This document shows positions 37,047 through 50,445 of a stretch of 64,000 nucleotides of DNA, piece after piece. Numbering within the stretch: the first letter of the stretch is position 1; each line of letters begins with the position of its first letter. The DNA lies in NCBI GenBank assembly GCA_032718475.1, contig JAUCBJ010007234.1:1-64000 (forward strand). The letters are read 5' to 3'. The position numbers and the translations under genes were made by a program. The notes beneath the pieces were generated by a model. That model searched no databases, was not told where the DNA came from, and saw only the letters and a list, made by a program, of their open reading frames with translations. The stretch comes from Nemertoderma westbladi (lineage: Eukaryota > Animalia > Xenacoelomorpha).

Positions 37047-40000
37047 TAATCCATTATGATTGTTTTCTTGTAGGCCTAATGTCTATATAATTTGGATGCT
37101 CAGATCTTTGTTTCCATAGTTTTGCAGTTTTGTAATTCATAACACATAAAGTTACAATTACAGAATTACCGGTAGCAGATTTTTTATATGCTACTTTTTG
37201 ATTTAGACAATGGTACCGGTACCGTCGGACAGAGGTATAACTGTATCACTGAATGAGGTATGATAGGCCTGCCTATTGCCTATGTCTAAGTGCCGATGCC
37301 AAACTATGCCAAACCCCTATCCCATTACAGTATCCCCCTAATGCTTCAAATAATTATTGGGGCAGTATTGCTATTGCATTGCATCAAGTATGTTTGTCAG
37401 TTGTTTTGACTACCGGTACCGGTAATTCAATTTATTATTATAATAATACCTGAATACTACAATACCAGAATACGTTCTCGGCACTGCTCGAGTTCTCGCT
37501 TAAAGTTTCGGTCCGCAGTGATATCGTATACAAGATGACCATTTATATTGGCCCATTATTAGCAGTATAATTAATTGTTTATAGTACCGGAAGGTCTATA
37601 TTGAAAATCACCATGTGGAGTGGCCACAAACCATCTCTGCATCTAGTCGTATTTAAACAGTTACCTGTAAATCGAAATTGAAATCATACGGTATATATAT
37701 ATAGCTGTATGTATAGTACTAGTAACCATAGTAACAGTAACCAAAATAATAGAAAGTAAGGCCTTTACAGAAGTAGTACGATACGGTATTATACAGATAT
37801 ATACAACTCATATGTTCCATAACGTGTACCCGTATCCCCTTCCTTTACCTACAGGCTAGTTAGCTGACCGGTAACTATTATCATCATTTTACTCTACTGC
37901 TCCATACTGTCATATTTATCTTATATTTGTTTGGGCTATTGCCAGATATCAGCTAAAGTTTGGGACTGTGGGTGCCACACGAACATCTGTTAAAAACTTA
38001 CTTCGGTGTAGTTAATATTAATAGAGTGTGATTTATATGATATATATGGACGCGTTTGTTACGCACCAGTACGCGTCAGATAGTGGCGCGCATTGACCAC
38101 AATTGTAATAAAATAATCTTCGGCGTAATTTGGTAGCATATGAACAGATGCAATACCGGTAATTGTTTATTGTTTTGGTTACAAAAGGCCGACACAGTAT
38201 ATAATCTGCTCTTTCCCATTAATGATTTAAATTAAATTAAGTTTCTAAACCCACTACTGTAAACACATTATTTGATGATTATTATATATTATTTGATGTG
38301 AAATTTGCGCCATTAACTCCTCCTATACGCTTATATAAATGTAAAGATGTGTGACGGGATGAGTGTGTGTGCTGCTCACTGGTGCAGATCGTAAATCGTT
38401 TTTAACAAATAATTTTTCAAACAAGTATGTAAACGTAGATATGATTTCCAGTATATTATCAACATACTTGTCACTAAAATAGCTTAACTTGCTTTATGTG
38501 ATATTAATAATTAATTACAGTTAAATACTAAATTTCCATACATGTTTAATATTATTTACATATATATTTCAGTTCGTCGATTTTATATTGTATATCAACG
38601 ACAACATCACGATTTAGCCAATGGATATGACAATTTGCCTATTTAAATATTATGGGCATTAATCCGCCTAGTGAATTCCCCATTTTCCCCAGCTACGGTA
38701 TGTATTTTTTAAATTAGAATAATCTACAGAATCATTTTTAATTTATATGTATTTTATTTTTATAGTTTTTACTTATGATTTATAGACATTCTGACAGTAA
38801 AATATTACCATACCATTGTCGGTCGATAACAGCACATTAAAATTTATTCTGATTAAATTCGTGGTATCAAATTACATAGCAGTATGATTCTGTTTTTAAA
38901 TTGAATCCGGTATATATCTTTATTGAGAATATTAAAATATCACTATATTTGTTAGAATTAGTAGAATTATGATTTTGTTAATATCATTTTAATCTTAAAT
39001 TTACGTTAAAACAATATTATTTCCATCATCTGAATCCAAAATCTCGCTAATTTACTTTATAAATAATAAATACTAATAAATTTCATCCCTTCATTTTGTC
39101 TGAATGGTTTTTTTTGTTTACTTAATATTTCTATAATATTGTGTGCTATTAATACATTATATTAATTAATTCCAATTCAATTAGTACTTCACTATAATTA
39201 CGAACGAATACTAATTTTATTTAACATTAAAGAACAATTGAGTAAATTTGGTTTGATAGTTCTCGGATATCAAAAAAAGCCCCTAACCCTAAAAGAATAT
39301 ACAGTTGTAGCCTATTTACTACTATTACGTGTTTTGGGTGGTAAATATGTATATATATCAGATATTCGTAATAATAGGAGATATTCTAGATGATGTTAAA
39401 AATACATAACTACTGTAGTTCTTTTAGTTAATGACGAATATTCAGTTCAGATATTAAATTTAAAAAGGGTATATAATAAATTAATTTACATATATTTAAA
39501 TTGGCTAAGTGCCAACATTGTAAATAATGCTTAAAGTAAAACACTAAGTGATATAACTAACACATAGTACTACTGTTCTGGGATTATTGGCATTGTTGGA
39601 TACATAATTAACTTAACGAACTAGTTTGATAATTTGCACCAGTAATACAATTATACAGTTTAGATTAGAGATGAAACCAGTGGGGTTCGCCATCTAATTT
39701 ACGTAATAATTGTACGTTTTATATAATTAGTAATTATTGACGTCCCATTTTGTGGCGTTACGATTTTTATTTTTTAAATTTATAACTTTTGTTCATAATT
39801 CATAATTACAAGTGGCGTTTATACTGCCGAACTGATTGTGTACGTACTTTACTAAATGTAAAACAATTATGTAGTCTCCCTCGATCTACCCTATAACGGT
39901 CTGGAAAAAATGTGAATTAACCCTGCCTGATATATTAGTTGGTGTCAGAAATATATTATAATTCTTAGTTATTTTATAAAATTATGATTGTAGGTGCTCT

Positions 40001-40233
40001 GTAGTAGTCAGTGTATAATTCGTAATTTCATAACATTTAATTTCATATCTATATATTTAATGGTATGATATTGAGTTGTATACTGTTCAGGGCTTTTGTA
40101 ACATTTCGTTTTGAATATATATTATATTTGATTCATATACATTTTATTTATAAATCTATAAGGTTAATAATTTTAATAATATAATTGTATGGAGTTAAAT
40201 TAAAGCGTTATTTTTCTTTTTAATTCATAATCA

Positions 40234-40890
40234 CAATCACTCACATAACTTATATTTACCGCTCGCACAACTTTATATCCACTCAAACAACTTTATATGC
40301 CGTCTCGCTCACACAACTTTATTTGCCACTCACATAACTTATATTTACCGCTCGCACAACTTTATATCCACTCAAACAACTTTATATGCCGTCTCGCTCA
40401 CACAACTTTATTTGCCACTCACATAACTTATATTTACCGCTCGCACAACTTTATATGCCTTATGCTGCCTCACTCTCACTACTTTATATACCACTCAGAC
40501 AAATTTATTCGCTGCTCACACAACTTTATATGCCTTATGCTACCTCACTCTCACAACTTTATATACCACTCACACAAATTTATTCGCTGCTCACACAACT
40601 TTATGCTGCCTCACTCTCACAACTTTATATACCACTCAGACAAATTTATTCGCTGCTCACACAACTTTATATGCCTTATGCTACCTCACTCTCACAACTT
40701 TATATACCACTCACACAAATTTATTCGCTGCTCACACAACTTTATGCTGCCTCACTCTCACAACTTTATATACCACTCAGACAAATTTATTCGCTGCTCA
40801 CACAACTTTATATGCCTCCCCGCACACAAAACTCGCCGCTCACAAAACTTTATTCGCCGCTCACACAACTATATGTGACGCTCACAATTA
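40234..40890. repeat. Complex tandem repeat of CACAACTTTAT-based units with higher-order duplications
   Basis: Repeated CTCACACAACTTTATAT variants; an 89-bp block and a longer block are duplicated. Confidence 0.9.
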
Positions 40891-41551
40891 ACTCGGAAAC
40901 ATGAAGGGATGTGGGGAATTAATGCAAATCCCATCTCGTTGACTTAATTAATAACTCGTTGACAATGTTTACTATCAACGATTACATGTTGCAGTTTAAT
41001 TTTTTAGTGTAATCGGTTGTTACTTAGGTCGTTTTTCTTGGAGAAGCGTCAATATCAATCGATTTGTTTATTGCAACACTATGTATAGTATAGGCTTAGC
41101 GAAACGATACTTGTAATTAACAACATAAAGGATACAAATACTGCGTTACATTTTAAAATATTATGTTTAGCAGTGTTGTCTAATTAATACGAAAGAGTCA
41201 TGAAAGGTACAGAAATTAATCCACTCATCAGTAATCGAATTTTTCAATGTGTAAACTCGACTGTAAAGTTCAAAATTTACTCGCCAATAAGTCATAAAGA
41301 TTTATGTAGATTACGATTTATTGTTATGTAATTTTTATGTTAATATTTGCTAAGTAAGTAATAGTGTAGTTGTTAAAAATCGAAAAAATTTTGACATATT
41401 AATTTGTATGCAATCATATTTAATTTTTTATTAGTAACTATTAAATATCGCTTGCGTACCAAATATAAATTATGTAGATTTTTATTCTTGAGGATCAAGA
41501 AAAATATATTAATTTTGACCAAGGATTATTTTATTACTCCATTTTTCTGAG

Positions 41552-41900
41552 TTGCTACGCCGGGTTCACTGTGTCAAGTACCGGTACAATGCACACCAGA
41601 CACTATATAACATTGGAGGTATCTCATTTGTTTCACCAAGCTTGACACTAGAACAAAGCCGCCTCCGCTTTGTAGGACATTGCTTTCGCCGTGAGGACCA
41701 GCCAGTGCATAATCTTGTACTGTGGCAGCCTCATGGAGTGAATAAGCATGGTGGACAGCCCATGACTTTCTTGAGACGCATCTTAAAGGACACTGGCCTT
41801 GAAGATGCGGATGATCTAGCAAATGTCATGGGTGATAAGGAGTTGTGGCGGCGCGATTTTGTCGACAGGCCGGCACAGCATTCATGAAAATGCAGCTGCC
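41552..41900 (+). mobile_element. RTE LINE 3' fragment (family A)
   Basis: Close match to 19235-19590. Confidence 0.9.
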
Positions 41901-42208
41901 TCAGAGATAAATATACCTCGGAGTAGGAAAGCCTCGGCTTCGTCTCGGATAGTCGTCTACGCTCTACCGGAAACAACAAAACAACCGGGAAATAATTGCA
42001 TGTTATCTAGCCCATGTTATAAAATAATATTCATTCCAGAACAATATTTATTTAACATGGGGTGAATCAGTCAGCTCGTAGTGGCAGAAACTAAAGTGGG
42101 TTGATTCTATTGGTTGTCTGGCAACTGGAGTAGCCTGCTGACGATTGGGGAAGCCTCATCATGTGTGGGCTGGGCTTCCATCCAATACTATATCTTGTAC
42201 TGTGTAAC

Positions 42209-44080
42209 TGTGGGGCGAGCCACGAAGTGAGTGAGCCTTAGCGTAGGGGTCCCATTAATCAACCTGTCGTTCTGTCGCGTTTTTTTTCAGTATTTTATTT
42301 TAAACGTTAATAACTCGGCCAATCCTTGATGAAATCTATCCAAACTTGGTACACATGTTGTTTGGCAAAAGTTTGAAAATTTTCCAAGTAGAATTTGCGT
42401 GGGGCCTTCGTGCAGCATCAGTGTAACTGTTATTGCAGTTATAATAAATTTATTTATCCAAATTTAAAATGCGTTAAATTATTATTACTGTAGGATAAAT
42501 CAGCTGGGTTTCTGACAAATTTTGCAATACATTGGGGCTGTCTGCCAATCTGCATGTACCATGTGTACCGGTACTGTCAGGCTGTACTCAATCCCTGAAT
42601 CGAGAATCCTGCAATCAGTCAATACTGCAATACTGGTCAGTCGGTACCATACACTGCAGACATGCCATATGTAATCTAATTAAACATGGCCCCGGCAACC
42701 CTTGCGGTGATTATAGTTTAGGCCTAATTAGCCCAGTACCGGCACCGGTAATAATAATATAATAGTTTAGATAGTTACCGCTAATCATTCAGTCATTGGC
42801 ACGGTGCACCGTATTGCTGTACTGCCGTTGTAGTGCGCACCGTAGGTACCACCCTACTACCGGCACCGGCTCACCGGTGGCAACTAGCACTTCAGCACTT
42901 GCACAGCAACAGCACTACCGGCGATACACAGGTTGAAATTTATGTAGAGTTTGCTCAACAGTACAGATATGAAATAGTTATCTAAATTATATATATTACT
43001 ATTGACAAGTATTGAAATATATACCGTTATTCGTGTTATCAGTATTTGCAACATCTGACATTGAAGAGGTGAGAGAAGATGAATACCGGCACTCAACAAA
43101 ACCAACGCTTATCACAGGTCGGTATGGTTACCTCGAAACCGGCGCGACTGTCCACTCGAATACAACTTCAAAACACAAACGCCAACAATAAACTGAAAGC
43201 GAATCGAACGTCTTCAGAAGAATCTGTCATTGGGACGAAGAAAAGGAAGCCGAAACCACGGGAATGGACCACAGCTAAGATTGAATGCTCCCATTGTCAG
43301 AGTTCCTGGACCGAAATTGAAACACCAATTGCCGATGGGCTTGATCTCTCAAACCAAAACTTCCTCTGCAGGGTTTGCGCGGCAGTAAAGATTGATAGTC
43401 TGGAAGCTGGCATCCCTAGGTATTATTATTATAAAGAGCGTCAGCCTGCGTTTAATAAATATATTTTAATACAAAACAGGTCGAACGCAAAGAGGCTTAT
43501 AATGAAGACGAGTACTGCATTGATTATATTCCTATAAACCACCTGGCTTTACATATTGAACGTGCGTTTGGAAATAAGTTCGTGCTACCCTTCCGTGGGT
43601 GGTAGATGTCGCGGTTATGTATTGGTGGGTGGGGGAGGGGGGGGGGGGGGGTGCAGATTAAAAGGGGTGAACACGTACTGTCCCCCTTTCTTTGATTAAT
43701 TGCTGGTGTGGGTTAATCTCTCATAACCTGATTTTGTGATCCAGTCCACAATTTAATTTGTATCTCATAACTGGGCCTCGTGCTGCGCGAAGGCCCCACG
43801 AACGTGTACAATGTTAAGAATACCAGTAAAACATTAAAATAGGAGGGCTGCTTAGTAGTCAACGGTAGCAGCAGCAGATGTCGTAAATATTCATTCCAGA
43901 ACATGTATTTATTAAACTTGGGGGTGTATACGGTTGGGTGCAATCTTCGCCCGAGGGGAACTTCGGCCGCAAGGCAATCTTCGTCCGCTAGCAACCTGCG
44001 CCCAATACGATTTGTGTTAGTAACCATTTTAGATACCAATTGAGGGAATGGAGCAGGTTACAGAGACGGCTTTTTCTAAT
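42209..44080 (+). mobile_element. Repeat family X copy 3 with 3' extension
   Basis: Core 42209-43807 is near-identical to copy 2; 43807-44080 matches 15675-15969. Confidence 0.8.
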
Positions 44081-44883
44081 TGTACATTACAACCTCGAGT
44101 TCAACTCAATTAAATTATAATACATGTAGCTGTTGGTGGTGGTCGCGTATAGCAATAATGCAATAATAATTAAATGTTAATAAAGTGACGCGTGTGATGT
44201 ACTGTGTAGTAGGTATATCAGCTGTAATAGCTTGAAAGATGTAAGTACAGAATATTATACCAATATAGAAAAGAAGGAGACAATTAAATTTGCACACTAA
44301 AATGATTTCAATTATTTTCTCTTGTGTAGAACCAAGGAAAGTTCTTACATTGGTAAAACGGAACAATTAAATTGATTTATTAATAATTTACATTACTTTT
44401 AAAATTGTAAATCTTAATATCAATTAAATTTTGTTTATAATATATTGCATACTCTCACGACCAGATGTTTGCAATGCCTTCAAAGAAATCGGAAATAATT
44501 GATGCACTGAAGTTGGAAAACCCATCGACTGTGGAACTGGTCCTGAAAAAGATAGTTCCGACGTCAACAGAACCTCTCCAACAACAACAACATCAAGAGC
44601 CAAAAACACCAATAAAGGTACGTCTTCTCGAATTTTTTCCAAAAGATGCTCGTGTATGGTTCCAACAAGTCGAGGCTAAATGTAAATGATACCTTTGAAA
44701 CAATCAAACAAAACATAATCACACACCTAGCTAAAAGCGACGATGAACGCCTGCGTCAATTGCTCGCTTAACAAACCCTTGGAGACAGAAAGCCATCTGC
44801 TGCTTTGCGTCAGATGCAAAGATTGGCCCATGGAAATGACCAAGTAATCCGATTGCGATTTCTAGAAATCCTACCTGAAACTG

Positions 44884-45527
44884 AAAGATTAAACGTTGAG
44901 ATGGTACGGCAGGCCGACATTAGTGGTTGTTTGTTCATCATAAGAAATATAATCGAAATATTCTGGACGATGATGAAAATGTGTAACTTGTTCGTTTCGT
45001 TGATTATTATATTATATTAAAATATTGATGCATATAATTATAAAGTAACAAAATATATTTCAATGGCTAAGGGCCAACATTGTCAATAATCCTAAAACAG
45101 TAATACTACTATTTTATTATGATATAACTCTGTAAATACCTATAAAATTGAGATGTGATTGTATGATAATATAATAATACCATTATTGACCATGATATTG
45201 ACAATGTTGGCCCTTAGCCATTGAAATATATTTTGTTACTTTATAATTATATGCATCAATATTTTAATATAATATAATAATCATAAGAAATATAATTAAC
45301 CGCTGGGGACTCCCCTGAATACTAAACAAGTTAGAGTTTACCGATCGAACATTTATTGAACATTGGAACATTTATTATGTAACTAAATTGTAACAATGTA
45401 ACGTGTAAATATTAATTTGAATTAATTTGATACCTTGATAAAGGGCCGAGTGCCAGAAATCGATCAGTAAACTCTAACTTGTTTAGTATTCAGGGGAGTC
45501 CCCAGCGGTTAATTATATTTCTCATGA
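44884..45527. mobile_element. Insertion with two adjacent inverted repeats; probable Penelope-like pLTR remnant
   Basis: Perfect IR 45001-45087/45196-45282 and near-perfect IR 45281-45348/45459-45527. Bounded by direct repeat TGAAACTG. Contains a hammerhead-like motif. Confidence 0.6.
45431..45469 (+). ncRNA. Type I hammerhead-like motif, U3-A8 core variant
   Basis: TACC-TTGATAA-agGGCcgagtGCCa-GAAA-TCGA-TC-AGTA. The inverted partial copy (~45339-45348) has GGTA, which restores stem I. Confidence 0.5.
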
Positions 45528-46236
45528 TGAAACTGTAAGCATCGCACTGACCAGCTTGTCTGACCTCGGTTTAGATTGACTAGCTGAAATAGCAGACAAG
45601 ATGGTGGAACAGCGAGAGCTCAAAACCCAACATCAGGCCAAACAGCTGCCTGTGAGATTACACATGTGCAGATATTAATAGCATTCTAGAATCACAGAGA
45701 ATGCTACAACAATCCCATCAACTCCTGGTTGATCAAATGTCACAAATTACTGCTCGAATGATGGAGTTATCTTGTAAAAGGATGGAGGTCACTTCTCACG
45801 ATCTAGAACACGTTGTCAGTATCAGCCTTCTAACTCAAACTGCAAATTTAGAAACAACAAACCATCTAATCACCAGTGAAACGGGAGCACTCTGCCATAG
45901 GTGCGGCTCTTGGTAGAGTTAGAGCCATATACGTCGCATGGATCATCAAAACGATCGCCTAAAAACTCTAATACATAGCTACAGTACAATGCGGTTTTTA
46001 AAACTCCGTTATGCGATGAACCAATTCTGCACCCTGTTGAACATTTCATTACAACAACTGGCGCCCCATGTTATGCACGCCCACGCCGTTTATCTAGGGA
46101 CAAGTAAACAACAATAAAGAAAGAATTTTAAAGTACTCCAAGATACTGGCACGATAATTCGCACAGAATCACCACGGGCTTCGCCTGTACATGTCGCCTA
46201 CAAACCGGATGGCTCAATAAGACCATGTGGTGATTA

Positions 46237-48497
46237 CTACTACTACTAGGTCGAGCGAACTCGGACAGTGGAAATGAGATCCTTCCAGGCTTCCCGATTC
46301 TCCATAGTTGTCGCAATTTCGTTTCTCCCAAGTTCAGTATCCCTTTCAAGTTGATCTATATATGTTATGGCCGGTCGTCCACGACTACGCTTTCCATGAG
46401 TTGGTTGCCAGAGATGTAGATCTGGTATGACCTCATCTTTACTTCGCCAGCAGTGCCCACTGAATCTTAATCTGCGTTCACGGAGGGTGGTTGATACAGG
46501 TGGTATTGTACCATAAAGCTCGGCGTTTGTCATGTGTTGTCTCCAGCTGATGTTTAGGGCTGCCCTTAGTAGTCTTGTGTAGCAACCATCTATTCGTTGT
46601 TCAAGTGATTTAGTCAGTGTCCAGGTCTCACCCCCGTATAAAAATACACTTTCCACTGTGGCTCGAAAGAACTTAGTCTTCAGGTGCCTGGAGAGATCTG
46701 ATTTCCAGATGGTATCCATTTTTGATAGAGCTACCCAAGCCTTTGCTTTCCTAACTTCTATGTCCTTTTTGCTACTCTCTATCCATGATCCAAGGTACTG
46801 GAAGTCATCAACCTTCCTTAGTTGATTATTATCAATGGTTGTCAAGTTCCCATCAACATTAAAGGTCATGAATTCGGTCTTTGTAGCATTTATATGCAAT
46901 CCAACCTCCTTAGCAGCCCTCTCCACTTTATTTAGTAGAAGCTGTGCATCTGCTAGCGTATTAGAGAGCAGGGCGATGTCATCCGCAAAGTCGGTGTCTG
47001 TGACTGTAGTTGCCGGATATCTACTACTTCTGCGTTCTTGAAGTGTGAATCCCAGATCTTCACCCTTTGTGGCCGTCCTCATTGCGTAATCCAGCACAAT
47101 TACAAATAGTAATGGTGCTAATGTGTCACCTTGCAGTACGCCAGCCAGGATTGAGAAAAACTCAGTTTCACCATCTGGTGAGAGTACCTGCGCTTCTGTG
47201 TCACAATATAACAATCCAATGCCAGCAACAATTACTTCTGGTATTCCATAAGCTCTTAGGATTTCAAGCATTTTACCTCTATGGATGGAGTCGAATGCCT
47301 TCTTGAAGTCCACAAAAGTCATGACTGCGGGGAGATTCTTTGACTTAATTCCTTCAATCAGTCTCCGTAGTGCAAGTATCTGAGCTATTGTTGATCTACT
47401 TGGTCGAAATCCGTTTTGGCTCTTACGCAGTAGTTTCTCTATGTGAGGCCTAATCCTATATAGAATCATTTTATTGTATATTTTGGCAGCTACCACAAGC
47501 AGACAGATCCCACGATAGTTTGTTGGTATGCCGAGGTCTCCTTTCTTGGGGAGAGGCTTTAGTTGACCTTTAGTCCAAATTGGTGGTGGCTTTTCCCCTT
47601 TTAACATCCGGTTGCAAACATTCAATAATGGTCTGTTTAGCACTCCGGTTTTCCATACCTCCGCTGGGATTTCATCTAATCCACTCGCTTTATTATTGGA
47701 CATGCTTTTAATGCTTCTTTGGAGTTCGGCAGGTGTGAAGTCCCCTGTTTCTATAGGTAGTGTCTTGTCATATATTTTCCTTGTAGGGCTGACCTCGATG
47801 TTTGGTGGCTGCCCAAGCAAGTTGCTGAAGTGATTTTTCCACTTCCCAACACGTTCTTCAGGACTATCGGCTTTGAGGCGCCCCTTTGCACAACTTTTCC
47901 GACCAGATACCTCATTTACAGTTTGCCAGGTAAGTCTTGATTGTTGCTGTATGTGAGCAGTTGTAATTGCTTCAGTTTTATCCTGTATGTACTTTTCCTG
48001 GCTGATGTTGTAGGCCAATTTAAGATCGTCCTTAGCTTTCTCAACCTTGTTAATGTTTTCAGTTGTTGGTTGTTCGGTTTTAACTTTGTAGGCTATCTTA
48101 AGATCTTCTCTCTTACAAGTAACCTCAGAGTTTTGCCATGGCACATACTGTTTTCGTTTGGGTTTCTGGGGGATATGCCTCTTAGCTGATTCCTTGTGGG
48201 CTGTTATTATATTCTGGTATATTGAATCGGTGGATTGGTCTTCATCCATTGACTGAAGTGCTTCAAAGCGGTTTTGAACTTCTACTGTATAAGCATCCTT
48301 TACAGCATTGTCAGTTCTGAGTTTCTCCCAGTCATAGTTGATTTGCTTGCTTGTCCTGGGTTTGCTGGCTCTCAAACTGAGTCTTATCTCTGCAGTCACA
48401 ATTCTGTGGTCCGAACCAATTAGGTTGAACGAGCTGTATGCCTCGCAGTTGATCATGCTGTTTCTCCACTTTTTGTTTATAAGGATGTAAAATAACG
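46237..48497 (-). mobile_element. 5'-truncated RTE-clade LINE (family B) with intact RT ORF
   Basis: APE C-terminus (YILI...SDHRIV); RT motifs PKKGD, NYRGI, QNGFR, DFKKAFDS, GVLQGD, DFADD, YLGS. (TAG)n tail and 12-bp TSD ATGTGGTGATTA (46225-36, 48498-509). Confidence 0.95.
46246..48490 (-). CDS. Non-LTR retrotransposon reverse transcriptase (N-terminally truncated)
   Basis: Uninterrupted ~745-codon frame with RT motifs. Confidence 0.9.
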
Positions 48498-49694
48498 ATG
48501 TGGTGATTATCAACAACTAAATCGACAGACAAAACCTGACAGATATCCTATGCCTCATATAGCATATCATCAGCTGGCCGGATTAATGATTTGGCGGCCC
48601 GGATGCACTTTTGACTTTTTCACTAGCCCCCCCCCCCCCCCCCCCCCCCCCCCCCCAGTATTTATATTAAGCATTTTCAACTTAATAAAATTAACTAAAT
48701 AAGATAAATTGAAAAAGAAAGTAAAAAATCTACTTTTTTCCCATGTAATACGTAATGACATTCTTAAAATTGGTACTTTTTCGTTGCTTAACCCTATTTG
48801 GCCCGGGGGTGGGGAAGTCATTTTTGTTAGGATCACCCTTGGACCTAAGAGGCCTTGAAGTAATGACGGTTTCTACTGGTAATCTGTCCGGACCGTAAGT
48901 GCAGAAAAGTCTACTGCTGTACCTATATGGAATACTGACAAAAAGCGCGCCACACGCGTTCTGGTTAAACGAAAATCGCGCCACCCATGATATCAAATGC
49001 GCGCCAAGCCAACAATTGACTATGAAATTTTGCAGTAATTGCTTAATTGTAATAATTTATCAGTTTATAATGCTGTAGCCCTACAGTATTTTAACATTAA
49101 AATGCGAGTGTAGCGAGCAAGGAAATTTTCCAATTATATCTGATTATGTTAACATAAATACAGTCTGACAGTAATAGTCAGATAGTGCTGTATAGTTGTA
49201 GTAGTAGTAGTAGTAGGTAAACGTCAACTGACTGTTTTTAAATGCAGATGTGATCAAGATGCGAGCGTAGCGAGCACGAAAATTTTAACATTTCAGCATT
49301 TAAAGTAGGCAAAGCGACTGTTTTCAAATGTCAAATGCAGAAATGCAGATGTCATTAAATTGCGAGCTGGCGAGCGTAGCGAGCACGGAAATTCTGCTGA
49401 ATCATGCAGGCTGTCATGGTTTTATTGGTTTGAAGAATCTGACAATTGAAAAACTTTTGAAACAAGTCATGTTTTTAATGGTCATGCTCAATCCGTCTGT
49501 TTCCATTTGTCCACAGCCAGACAGTGCTAAGAGTAGGTTTACAGTATAAACGCGAGCGAAGCGAGCGGACATTTTTCAATCTTTTTAAACCTATAGAATA
49601 ATTTCAAATAGAGCTGTAGAGTGGGATGTGTTGCCAGTGCACTGCTCTGCTACGCTACCTCCTACTGTCCTAACCTAACCCTACATCCATATTC

Positions 49695-49815
49695 GCGCCA
49701 GGACCGCCAGGATCCTCAATGCGCGCCACACGCCCCTGTCACTACGCGCCAGGATCCTTAATCCGCGCCACACGCCCCTGTCACTACGCGCCAGGATCCT
49801 TAATCCGCGCCACAC
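49695..49815. repeat. ~42-bp GC-rich tandem repeat, about 3 copies
   Basis: GCGCCAGGATCCTTAATCCGCGCCACACGCCCCTGTCACTAC. Confidence 0.8.
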
Positions 49816-50021
49816 ATGTTGAGCAAACTCTACATAAATTCCAACCTGGCTGCTGTACCGTGGTACTGCAGTACTGTAGTACTCTGTAACCGGTATATCA
49901 TGCCTACCGGTGTAATTGTGTTATGTAAAATATATCTGATTGAATATATGTCGGACAGTCAGGAGTGATAAATTAATAGTCATTATTTCATGGTAGCAGA
50001 GCGTGGTTGTTCCTCAACAAA

Positions 50022-50445
50022 ATGGCCGAATCAGCAGGTGTAGCAAGTTATAAAATACCCCCCAAAATGCGTGCAGATCTTTCCTATGACGACTGGAAAA
50101 AGGAAATAGAAATATGGCGTTTAGTAACTGATTTAAATAAAAAGAAACAAGGTCCGGTGTTGGCGTTATCAATGAGCGGAAAAGCGAGGGAAGCTACAGT
50201 GGATATACCAATTGCTGAATTAAGTGGTGAAGACGGACTAGAGAAAGTAATAACTAAGCTAGACGATTTATATTTAAAGGACAAGGAACTGTTGGCATTT
50301 TGTGCTTATGAGAATTTTGAGAAGTATATACGCCCAGTTGGGATAACCATGGAGGAATATCTGGTGGAATTTGATAATTTATATTCAAAAGTAAGGAAAC
50401 ATGGTATGGAGCTGCCAGATGGGGTGATTGCATTCAGACTTTTAA
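50022..50445 (+). pseudogene. Copia gag, first segment (continues 51536-51988 and from 63792)
   Basis: Frame is continuous across the TTAA and GAGTA insertion sites. Confidence 0.8.

Larger units (their letters stand above)
44474..45620 (+). pseudogene. Ty3/Gypsy gag relic interrupted by an insertion
   Basis: VRLLEFFPKDARVWFQQVEAK; RLRQLL..LGDRKPSAALRQM..RFLEILPE, resuming after 45535 as VSIALTS..LAEIADKMVE. Confidence 0.65.

Noticed and set aside
40297-40904. His-rich repetitive ORFs
   Set aside because: Translation of a tandem repeat in two frames.
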